From NCBI GenBank assembly GCA_041665585.1, contig JBAYIN010000005.1, positions 29,622 through 93,621 on the forward strand: a stretch of 64,000 bases of DNA. The letters run 5' to 3'. A program made the position numbers and the translations under genes. Of the stretch, positions 56,157 to 64,000 are shown one piece after another. The notes below the pieces were generated by a model. The model was not told the origin of the DNA. It made no database searches and saw nothing but the letters and a program-made list of their open reading frames with translations. Source of the DNA: Patescibacteria group bacterium. GTDB lineage: Bacteria; Patescibacteriota; Gracilibacteria; JAHISY01. How positions within the stretch are numbered: position 1 is the first letter of the stretch; each line of letters begins with the position of its first letter.

Positions 56157-57101
56157 ATGCTGAATTGGGAAAAATTTCCGCGTCCGATTCTCGCGCTCGC
56201 GCCGATGGCGGGTTACACCGACTCGGCTTTTCGGCAGCTCATTCGCAGTTTTTCGAAAAATGTAATTCTCTGGAGCGAATTCGTCTCGGCTGATGCGCTG
56301 AAATTCGATTCGCAGAGGTCGAAGCAAATGCTGTCTTTCGCGAAAAAAGAACAGCCTTTCGTCGCGCAGATTTTCGGGAAACGACCGGAGAGCTTCATCG
56401 AAGCCGCGAAATTCGTCGAGTCGATCGGCGCGGTCGGCGTCGATCTGAATTTCGGCTGCCCTGCGAAGAAAGTCGTGAATTCCGACCACGGCTCGGCGTT
56501 GCTCAAAAATCCGAAACTCGCGAGCGAAATAATTTCCGCAGTCGCGCACTCGGTCAAAATTCCGACGAGTGTGAAAATGCGCCTCGGTATCGCGGATGCT
56601 GCAAATTTGGAAAGCTTCGCCAAAATGGTCGAAGACTCTGGCGCGCAGCTGCTCACGATTCACGGCCGGACGGCAAAACAAATGTACCGCGGTGAAGCGG
56701 ATTTCGCGCCAATTTATCGCGTAAAAAAAATTCTGAAAATTCCGGTGCTGGGAAATGGTGACATCGATTCGGCGGACAAATTTTTCGCGCAGCTCGGCAA
56801 TCTCGATGGACTGATGATCGGTCGCGCCGCCGTCACGAATCCCTGGATTTTTCGGGAAATTGAGAATCGACTCGCCGGCAAAATCTCGCGCACGCCGAAA
56901 ACTTTGGCAGGTAAAATTCCGACGATTTTGCGCCACGCCCAATTGATGATTCAAGAAAAAGGTGAGCAACGCGGCATGCTCGAGATGCGCAAATTCTCCG
57001 CGAATTATGTGCGCGGCGAACCCGGCGCGAAAATTTTGCGAGCCAAATTGGTGCGCGTCGAGAAACTCAGCGAGCTCGAAAAAATCCTCGCGAAAAGATA
57101 A
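56157..57101 (+). CDS. tRNA-dihydrouridine synthase
   Basis: 'LAPMAGYTDSAFR', 'VDLNFGCPAKKV', 'LTIHGRT'. Confidence 0.9.
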   Translation: MLNWEKFPRPILALAPMAGYTDSAFRQLIRSFSKNVILWSEFVSADALKFDSQRSKQMLSFAKKEQPFVAQIFGKRPESFIEAAKFVESIGAVGVDLNFGCPAKKVVNSDHGSALLKNPKLASEIISAVAHSVKIPTSVKMRLGIADAANLESFAKMVEDSGAQLLTIHGRTAKQMYRGEADFAPIYRVKKILKIPVLGNGDIDSADKFFAQLGNLDGLMIGRAAVTNPWIFREIENRLAGKISRTPKTLAGKIPTILRHAQLMIQEKGEQRGMLEMRKFSANYVRGEPGAKILRAKLVRVEKLSELEKILAKR

Positions 57102-57119
57102 TTTAGGCTAAATATAAAT

Positions 57120-57148
57120 TTGATTTTGGAGTCAAAATAATGTATAAT
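57120..57148 (+). promoter_or_regulatory. Near-consensus sigma-70-type promoter (TTGATT, 17 nt, TATAAT)
   Basis: -35 'ttgatt' at 57120-57125, 17-nt spacer ending in 'tg', -10 'tataat' at 57143-57148. It lies about 365 nt upstream of the RM gene ATG. Confidence 0.4.
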
Positions 57149-57512
57149 ATATGCGAACCGTTACTAAGAAATGCTCTTTGAAATTACGGAATCTTGAGGC
57201 GCAAGTGGTGATGATCTAAAAATAATCGATTATCGCCGATTGTGCCTTAAGCTTCACATAGTAGTAATAAGTCTGGTTATAAACTTTCCCAAAGGTTTAT
57301 GGTCACTATTAACTCGCTCTAAACGGGCTTGGTGTTTAGAGAGAAGTAATAGACAGATTATAAGTTAAGGTAACTTAATTTATAGGAGATTAATACAGTA
57401 ATGTTTTATTTTTTACTCTAAGCTCTCATCTGATACTGAAAATACTGTTTGAAACTTGAGGCTTTTTTATTGTGTAAAATTTTTCACAATTAAAAAGGCT
57501 AAAGCGGGTAAA

Positions 57513-60284
57513 ATGAGCGAAATGCCAGCACCTCAAAAAACACGTCCTAAGTGTAGTCGAAAGATTCTCGAACTCGTCGCGCACTTTCGCGAAGCCAAAA
57601 ATCACAAAATGGTGGAAACGGTTTTGCGCCAGCAGTTTCTCGACAAGTTTTTCGTGGAGCTGGGGTGGGATGTGACAAACAACGCGGGCAAAATCGGGCG
57701 CGAAATGGAAGTGGATCTCGAACAAAGTATCGAGACGCGCGAAGGTCGGACGGAGCACAAACGCGCGCCGGATTACTCTTTTCGCGTGGATGGGAAGACG
57801 AAATTTTTCGTCGAAGCGAAAAAGCCGTCGGTGGATATTCTGGGTGGCATTGGTCCGGCGTACCAAGTCCGGCGCTACGGCTGGTCGGCAAAGCTCGGGG
57901 TTTCGATTCTCACGGATTTTGAGGAGTTCGCGGTTTACGATTGTCGGGTGAAGCCGAAGGCAGGCGACAAAGCGAGTGTGGCGCGGCTTTTTTATTGTAC
58001 TTTCGAAGAATACGCGGAACGGTGGGAGGAGATTGCGGGACTCTTTTCGCGGGAAGCCGTACACGCCGGCAAGCTGGACGCATTCATCGGCGCGGGGAAG
58101 AAAAAAGGCGTAGTGGCAGTGAACGATGATTTCCTACACACGATCGAAAGCTGGCGCGACGAACTCGCGCGACATCTCGCGGTGCGCAATCCGGAGCTTT
58201 CGCAGGACGAGCTGAATTTCGCGGTGACAAAAATAATCGACCGAATCATCTTCCTCCGCATCGCGGAAGATCGGAATATCGAAAATGAAGGCACACTCCA
58301 AAGAATTGCCGAGCGCGATGGTACTTACGCGGAGCTGAAAAAGCATTTCACCAAAGCGGACGAAAAGTACAACTCGGGACTTTTTCATTTCCGAGCGGAG
58401 CCGGGCGTAACCGAGGGAATCGATACGATCACGCCGAAATTACAAATCGACGACGGGATTTTGAAAAAAATCATCAACGAACTCTATTTCCCGCGGAGCG
58501 AATACGAATTCTCCGTGATGCCAGCGGACATCCTCGGGCAAGTGTACGAGCAATTCCTCGGCAAAGTGATCCGACTCACGGACGGTCACCGCGCGAAGGT
58601 GGAGGAAAAACCGGAGGTGCGCAAAGCGGGCGGAGTGTATTACACGCCGGAATACATCGTGGATTACATCGTACAGAATACGGTGGGAAAATTATGTGAA
58701 AGCAAAACGCCAAAGCAGATTGCGGAATTAAAAATCGTCGATCCTGCGTGCGGCTCGGGTTCTTTTCTCATCGGCGCGTATCAGTATTTGCTCGACTGGC
58801 ATTTGGAGTACTACACGAAACATCTGAAAACTTATGCCGACAAATTGTATTCCGTGAAGGGTAAGAAATATCTGACAATCGCGGAGCGGAAAAGGATTTT
58901 GTTGAATAATATTTACGGGGTGGATATCGATGCGAACGCGGTGGAGGTGACGAAGTTGTCTCTACTTCTCAAAACTCTCGAGGGTGAGGTTCAGCCGTCG
59001 CTTTTCCACGAGCGGGTTTTGCCGGATCTCTCGCGCAATATCCAATGCGGCAACTCGCTAATTGGCACGGACTTTCACGTGGCGAGTTTGTTTGCAGAAG
59101 ATGATGTGGGGCGGATGAAGGTGAATGCGTTTGATTGGGAGGCGGGATTTCCGGAGGTGTTTGCGCAAGGTGGCTTTGATGCGGTGATTGGGAATCCGCC
59201 GTATATCAGAGCGAGAGAATTACCAGTCGAACAAAAAATGTATTTCGAAGCTAATTATTCGACGGCAAAAAATCAGTACGACATTTACGCTGTTTTTATC
59301 GAAAAATCTTTGGGTTTAGTTAAACCAAACGGTTTAGTTTCTTTCATCACTCCAAATAAGTTTTTAGTAGCTCAATATGGTTTTGAATTAAGAAAGTTTA
59401 TTTGTGAAAACTCTAAACTAATTGATTTTCAAGATCACTCGAAAAAAGATATCTTTGGTGGTGTGAGTGTTTATCCGATTGTTTTTGTTTTGCAGCAAGG
59501 ACGAAGCGCAAAAAAATGCGGTGACAATTTTGATTTACTTCAAGTTTTTGGTTTTAAAAAAGAGGATATTGTGATTCAGCGAATGAAAAAAGCTGAATTA
59601 AGCCTTGGCGATGTTTGCACAATCAAAGAGGCGGTTCACACGGGTAATATTCGCGAAAAACTGATTTGCGATAACAAAAGAAATGCAAATTGTTTTAAGT
59701 TATTACGAGGTCAAGATTGCAATCGCTACACGATAAAATGGGCTGGCTTGTGGGTTGATTATTCGGTCACTCCGAATAAAAGTAAAAAGGAATATGCAAA
59801 TTTAATCGACAAATCTCACTTTGAGGGAGAAAAATTATTTTTGCGCGAGATTGCGTTGAGACCATCTGCAGTCTTTGATGACGAGAATTATTTTTCGTTG
59901 AACAAGGCTTATGTTTTAAAGAAAAAATCTGATTGCGAGCTTCCGCTCAAATATATTCTCGGAGTGATTAATTCAAAAGCGGCTGAATATTTCTTTGAGA
60001 AAGAGTTTGGCGATATTCGCGTGAGCGGTGGCTATCTCCAATTTAAAAAACAATTTTCTTCTCAAATTCCAATTCCGACCTCTTCAAAATCCCAACACGA
60101 TCGTGTTGTCGCTCTCGTGGAGCAGATGCTCGCGCTCCAGAAAAAACTTCCCGCTCTCACGCTCCCGCACGACCGCGAGTCGCTGTCTCGGCAGATTGCC
60201 GCGACGGATCGGCAGATTGATGAGCTGGTTTTTGAGTTGTATGGGTTGAGTGAGGAGGAACGGAAAGTGGTTTTAAATTCTTAA
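57513..60284 (+). CDS. Type IIG restriction enzyme / N6-adenine DNA methyltransferase (fused nuclease-MTase-TRD)
   Basis: N-terminal PD-ExK nuclease ('APDYSF...FFVEAKKP'). Gamma-class MTase motifs 'GVYYTP', 'DPACGSGSFLI' and 'NPPY'. TaqI-like C-terminal specificity domain. The start is taken at the ATG at 57513. Confidence 0.85.
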   Translation: MSEMPAPQKTRPKCSRKILELVAHFREAKNHKMVETVLRQQFLDKFFVELGWDVTNNAGKIGREMEVDLEQSIETREGRTEHKRAPDYSFRVDGKTKFFVEAKKPSVDILGGIGPAYQVRRYGWSAKLGVSILTDFEEFAVYDCRVKPKAGDKASVARLFYCTFEEYAERWEEIAGLFSREAVHAGKLDAFIGAGKKKGVVAVNDDFLHTIESWRDELARHLAVRNPELSQDELNFAVTKIIDRIIFLRIAEDRNIENEGTLQRIAERDGTYAELKKHFTKADEKYNSGLFHFRAEPGVTEGIDTITPKLQIDDGILKKIINELYFPRSEYEFSVMPADILGQVYEQFLGKVIRLTDGHRAKVEEKPEVRKAGGVYYTPEYIVDYIVQNTVGKLCESKTPKQIAELKIVDPACGSGSFLIGAYQYLLDWHLEYYTKHLKTYADKLYSVKGKKYLTIAERKRILLNNIYGVDIDANAVEVTKLSLLLKTLEGEVQPSLFHERVLPDLSRNIQCGNSLIGTDFHVASLFAEDDVGRMKVNAFDWEAGFPEVFAQGGFDAVIGNPPYIRARELPVEQKMYFEANYSTAKNQYDIYAVFIEKSLGLVKPNGLVSFITPNKFLVAQYGFELRKFICENSKLIDFQDHSKKDIFGGVSVYPIVFVLQQGRSAKKCGDNFDLLQVFGFKKEDIVIQRMKKAELSLGDVCTIKEAVHTGNIREKLICDNKRNANCFKLLRGQDCNRYTIKWAGLWVDYSVTPNKSKKEYANLIDKSHFEGEKLFLREIALRPSAVFDDENYFSLNKAYVLKKKSDCELPLKYILGVINSKAAEYFFEKEFGDIRVSGGYLQFKKQFSSQIPIPTSSKSQHDRVVALVEQMLALQKKLPALTLPHDRESLSRQIAATDRQIDELVFELYGLSEEERKVVLNS

Positions 60285-60299
60285 ATTTATTTTTTAAAT

Positions 60300-61793
60300 A
60301 TGAGCAATTTAGATAAAACTTATTTTTCGGAGATTTTCAATGTCGATCATTCTATAGTGGAAAGTTATGGAGCGTTAGACATATCGCTTGTATGTGATAA
60401 TCCGGCTTTTGTCGATCCGTTTCTTATTTTCGCAAATCCGGAATATAAAAATCTTCATGACTTTATTATTGAATATTTAAAATTTTTAAGGGATTTATCG
60501 CAAAAGAGTGACTCATTGGATTTAGAAGATGGTATTTTTAAACACTATTATAAATTTCCTGAGGTAAAAGAGGTTTGGCTAGGGTACTCTGCCATTGGTA
60601 ATGCCGGCTTAGGTAATTCCAAAGTATTTGCAGATTCTTTGTATAGAAATTTAAATAAAATTTTTTCTAATTTCGGCAAAGAAAAAGAAGGAATAACAAA
60701 ATCTCAACATCTCGAGAAGCTTTGTCTGATTGAAGAAGGCATAGGTGTTGACAAGATAAGTGATTTTACGATCAACTTGATAAAAGAGTTTTTTTTACGA
60801 TACACAGAAAAATTTGCACAAAAACATATCGACAAAAGTCTTCTAAAAGAATTTGCAGTCCCCAAGGTATCATTTGATTTTGAAAATCAAATTTGGAAAG
60901 GAAGTAAATTCATTCTGCCTTACATTACAAGAAATGGAAAAGAACAATTCGTTCTTTTGGTGCCGAAAGACATAATTGCAAAGTATGATACTTGGATTTC
61001 AAGAAACGATTTTCTGAAAAACGATACGAGCATTTTCGCCTCTATTGAAAATGACGAAATTAGGGCAAAAATAAATAAATATTTTAATGATCAACTGAAT
61101 ATTAAAATTACTAAACATGGACAAGAAAAAGATTTTTCTAAAAAAAGCAGGAAGGGGGCTTTGCAAAAGACGATGCGAGAGTTCCCTGCGATTGTTGACT
61201 ACTACATAAGATATAAAGAGTCAGAAGAAGACAAGGCATTAGAAAATAATTTGTTGGATGCCGAAAACGTCGATTTGTATTTAGATGTTGCGAACATCAA
61301 AAGAGAATTAAGAAAAAGGAAATTTGGGAAAATTACGGTTATTGATGACTGCATCCAGAGAATTTTATTTTTCAAACAAACACTGGAATCGAATAGTAAT
61401 TCTTTATACCTTAAAGAGAAATCGTTACAAGAAAAGCAGTTGCAATTGATGTTTAAGAATGCAACTTACGGATCACTCTTTGATTATAATTCAGAAGTTA
61501 ATAATGGAAGAGGTCCAATAGATTTTATTGTCTCGTTTGGGATAAATGAAAAAATTGGAATAGAGTTTAAATTAGCCTCTAATAGCAAACTAAAACAAAA
61601 TTTATTAAACCAAGGGAAAGTTTATCAGGATGATTCTAATCTTAAACATGTAATAAAAGTTATTTTCTTTTTTTCAAATCAAGATTTAGAAGCGATACAA
61701 AAAGTGTTAAGTGTACTTAAAAAAAGTGTTGATAATCGTGAAATTTTTCTGATTGATTGTAGAAAAAAAGAATCTGCATCTAATCAAAAATGA
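60300..61793 (+). CDS. Uncharacterised protein with C-terminal PD-(D/E)XK-like nuclease motif
   Basis: 497 aa, AT-rich, 15 nt downstream of the RM gene. C-terminal 'EKQLQLMF...GRGPIDFIVSFGINEKIGIEFKL' fits an E...D...ExK pattern. The N-terminal ~380 aa has no motif I recognise. Confidence 0.5.
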   Translation: MSNLDKTYFSEIFNVDHSIVESYGALDISLVCDNPAFVDPFLIFANPEYKNLHDFIIEYLKFLRDLSQKSDSLDLEDGIFKHYYKFPEVKEVWLGYSAIGNAGLGNSKVFADSLYRNLNKIFSNFGKEKEGITKSQHLEKLCLIEEGIGVDKISDFTINLIKEFFLRYTEKFAQKHIDKSLLKEFAVPKVSFDFENQIWKGSKFILPYITRNGKEQFVLLVPKDIIAKYDTWISRNDFLKNDTSIFASIENDEIRAKINKYFNDQLNIKITKHGQEKDFSKKSRKGALQKTMREFPAIVDYYIRYKESEEDKALENNLLDAENVDLYLDVANIKRELRKRKFGKITVIDDCIQRILFFKQTLESNSNSLYLKEKSLQEKQLQLMFKNATYGSLFDYNSEVNNGRGPIDFIVSFGINEKIGIEFKLASNSKLKQNLLNQGKVYQDDSNLKHVIKVIFFFSNQDLEAIQKVLSVLKKSVDNREIFLIDCRKKESASNQK

Positions 61794-61941
61794 ACTCTTG
61801 CTTCCAAATTTAAATCTTCCACCCACCCCTTCCTCCTCTTCTCGCCGAGGCCCGGCTGACATCGTAATTTTCCGACGAAATATAACCCCGCGATTCATCA
61901 TCGCCGGTCCATCCGATTGAAAAATTTTTATCGAGATTTTT

Positions 61942-62016
<75 letters not shown>

Positions 62017-62035
62017 ACGAGGTCATGATTTTAAA

Positions 62036-62872
62036 CTATCCCTTCAGAAAATCAAAAATCTGGTTGGCAGAATCTGTGCGACCGAGTGGCATGATGTGCA
62101 CGCCGTCGAGACGGTCTTTTAATTTTGCCAAAAGTTCAATCGCTAGCTCTGCGCCACAATTTTCGTCGGCGGCTAATTGCGCCAAAACAGCTTGCGGAAT
62201 CGTCACGCCGTGCACTTTGGAATTGAAATACTCGGCGACTTTCAAACTTTTGAGCGGCATGATGCCGAGCAAAATCGGAATCTGAATCCCCGCCTGCTTC
62301 ACGCCATCGAGAAATTTTTCCGCGGTCGCGAAATCGAAAACCGGCTGTGTCTGCACGAAGTGCGCCCCCGCCGCTTCTTTCTCTTTCAAATATTCAATCT
62401 GACCATCCACATTTGGATTCGCGGCGACCGCTATTTTCAAAACAGTCGGTGATTTGATTGGCTTACCGAGAAATTCGCCGGAATTCAAATCGCGAATCAA
62501 CTCAGTCAAACCAGGCGCCCGAATTTCGAAAACATTCTTCGCGCCGGCATCGCCTGAGAGCGCGAGAATTCCGTCAACTCCGAGATTCGCCGCACCCAAA
62601 ATTTTTTGCGCCAAGCCAAGCTTGGTCGAATCACGACAAGTCAGATGTGCAATCGTCGGAATCCCCGTCGCCTCACGAATGCGAAAAGCCAAAACAATCG
62701 GATCAATCGTGAGTCGCCCGAGAATGCCGTCGGGGATATTGAGCGCATCGGCGCGTAAATTTTTCGCCTCAGCGACAATCGCCGAGACATCGCTCCCGGC
62801 GAGCGAACTCACTTCGACAGTGACGGGAAAATTACTTAAATTAAGCATTTCCTGAATTTTAGCAGAATTCAA
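62036..62872 (-). CDS. metF: Methylenetetrahydrofolate reductase
   Basis: 278 aa. 'IAHLTCRD', 'GILALSGD', 'VAANP', 'FVQTQPVFD'. Confidence 0.8.
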   Translation of the reverse strand: MNSAKIQEMLNLSNFPVTVEVSSLAGSDVSAIVAEAKNLRADALNIPDGILGRLTIDPIVLAFRIREATGIPTIAHLTCRDSTKLGLAQKILGAANLGVDGILALSGDAGAKNVFEIRAPGLTELIRDLNSGEFLGKPIKSPTVLKIAVAANPNVDGQIEYLKEKEAAGAHFVQTQPVFDFATAEKFLDGVKQAGIQIPILLGIMPLKSLKVAEYFNSKVHGVTIPQAVLAQLAADENCGAELAIELLAKLKDRLDGVHIMPLGRTDSANQIFDFLKG

Positions 62873-62911
62873 ATTTAATTTGTTCCATGTTCCATGCTGA
62901 ATGTTCCATGT

Positions 62912-64000
62912 TCAGACGCGGACCCAATTCATCCCACCGAGATTTTTCGCGAGACCTTTCATCTCGAGTAGCGAGAGAATCGCCGAAGCCTCGCTCGCGG
63001 TCATCCCCGACTCGCGCGAAATCTCGTCGGCGTGGCGCGCCGTTTTTTGCAGAATTTTCAAGAGCACAGTTTCTTCCGCCGAATCAGCGATGATCTCGCG
63101 CATTTTGATTTTCTCGGGTAAGTCGCGCAATTCCAAAGTGTCGAGTACATCCGCCGCCGAAGTAATCGGCTGCGCCTCACCTCGCTGAATCAGCTGAATC
63201 GCGCCAACTGAATTCTCGGAAAAAATCGAGCCCGGCACAGCGAAAACTTCACGCCCAAATTCATTCGCCAGTGACGCAGTAATGAGACTCCCCGACTTTT
63301 CGCGACCTTCGGTGACGACGGTGCCGCGCGCCAGTCCTGCGATGATGCGATTACGCAGTGGGAAATTATAGGCATTCGGCGGCGTACCGATGGGAAATTC
63401 AGAAATAATCGCGCCACCTTTACGCAAAATTTCTTCGCCGAGATTTTTGTTGCGCGGTGGATAAATCGCCTCGATGCCATTGCCGAGCACCGCGACCGTC
63501 CGACCACCGACCTCGAGCGCCGCCGCGTGTGCCGTCGCATCCGCACCGAGCGCGAGTCCGGAAACGATTGAAATACCGGCGACTGCGAGATCGCGCGCAA
63601 TTTCGTGCGTCGCCTGCCGACCGTAATTCGTGAGAATGCGTGAGCCGACGACCGCGATTGCGAAGTCATCGGCTGGAGTCGGGAATTCTCCGCGGACTAA
63701 TAAAACTGGCGGCGGGTCAAAAATTTCACGCAACAATTTCGGATACTTCTCCGAAGTGATCGGCAAAACTTGCGCACCGACTTTTTGTAATTTGGCAAAA
63801 ATTTCATCCGGATCAATTTTTTCTTTCTCGCTGAAAATCTCAGAAACTGCCTTAAATTCCAGCCCCGCCCTTTGCCAGTCGTGCCGCGAACCTTTCCAGA
63901 TTCTTTCCGCGTCATTTTCGAAAAACTGCAAAAGCCGTCCGAAACGCAGCGGTGTGATTTTTTCAAGCGAATTCAGTGCGGCGAAGTGTTTCTCCACCAC
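62912..64000 (-). CDS. dprA: DNA processing protein DprA (Smf)
   Basis: 'AVVGSR', 'IVSGLALGADATAHAAAL', 'TVAVLGNGIEAIYP', 'FPLRNRIIAG'. C-terminal winged helix. The N-terminus may extend beyond the window edge. Confidence 0.85.
   Translation of the reverse strand: MVEKHFAALNSLEKITPLRFGRLLQFFENDAERIWKGSRHDWQRAGLEFKAVSEIFSEKEKIDPDEIFAKLQKVGAQVLPITSEKYPKLLREIFDPPPVLLVRGEFPTPADDFAIAVVGSRILTNYGRQATHEIARDLAVAGISIVSGLALGADATAHAAALEVGGRTVAVLGNGIEAIYPPRNKNLGEEILRKGGAIISEFPIGTPPNAYNFPLRNRIIAGLARGTVVTEGREKSGSLITASLANEFGREVFAVPGSIFSENSVGAIQLIQRGEAQPITSAADVLDTLELRDLPEKIKMREIIADSAEETVLLKILQKTARHADEISRESGMTASEASAILSLLEMKGLAKNLGGMNWVRV

Noticed and set aside
56052-56969. 305-aa minus-strand ORF
   Set aside because: It is antisense to the well-supported tRNA-dihydrouridine synthase gene. 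The translation is Arg/Phe-rich and low-complexity, typical of a shadow ORF in GC-biased coding DNA.
57426-58064. 212-aa minus-strand ORF overlapping the start of the RM gene
   Set aside because: It is antisense to the conserved N-terminal nuclease domain of the Type IIG enzyme and has shadow-ORF composition.

Overview
This is a 64-kb chromosomal window from a bacterium that uses the standard genetic code (long ORFs are intact and TGA is used as a stop). The core genes are moderately GC-rich. By inference only, the best fit is an uncultivated CPR/Patescibacteria-like (Peregrinibacteria-type) lineage. The supporting features are a DUF5652 membrane protein, SLH and LPXTG-like surface proteins, fragmented ribosomal operons and many small orphan genes.

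Core content:
- Isoprenoid and RNA modification: ispG, an RluA-type pseudouridine synthase, tilS, dus.
- Envelope: a pbpC-like PBP next to a 1998-aa alpha-2-macroglobulin, plus mltG.
- Purine, histidine and shikimate synthesis: purE, purC, purA, hisH, hisB, aroE, aroD.
- Information processing: nusA, rpoD, dnaB, cysS, infC-rpmI-rplT, rplO-secY, rpsB-tsf, dprA.
- A two-component system and five tRNAs (Gln, Thr, Glu, Val, fMet).

Two visibly AT-rich accessory loci sit next to tRNA genes:
1. An integrase-less island at tRNA-Gln, bounded by tRNA-derived direct repeats. It carries a SIR2-HerA defence pair with a tightly linked KTSC-domain gene and a putative toxin-antitoxin pair.
2. A fused Type IIG restriction-modification gene next to tRNA-fMet. 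Its target-recognition segment is compositionally foreign, it has a long promoter-bearing leader, and it is followed by an uncharacterised 497-aa protein with a C-terminal PD-(D/E)XK-like motif. This is the best candidate for something undescribed.

Smaller modules are hicBA, a PIN-domain pair and several AT-rich orphan ORFs.

The intergenic DNA is unusual. It is built from heptamer tandem arrays, including (TTAGGGG)9 abutting the purE start codon. It also contains dispersed perfect palindromes, tiny GC hairpins inserted into tRNA-derived pseudo-copies, and recurring short 'word' repeats.

All functional calls come from motif recognition by eye. No database search was run.
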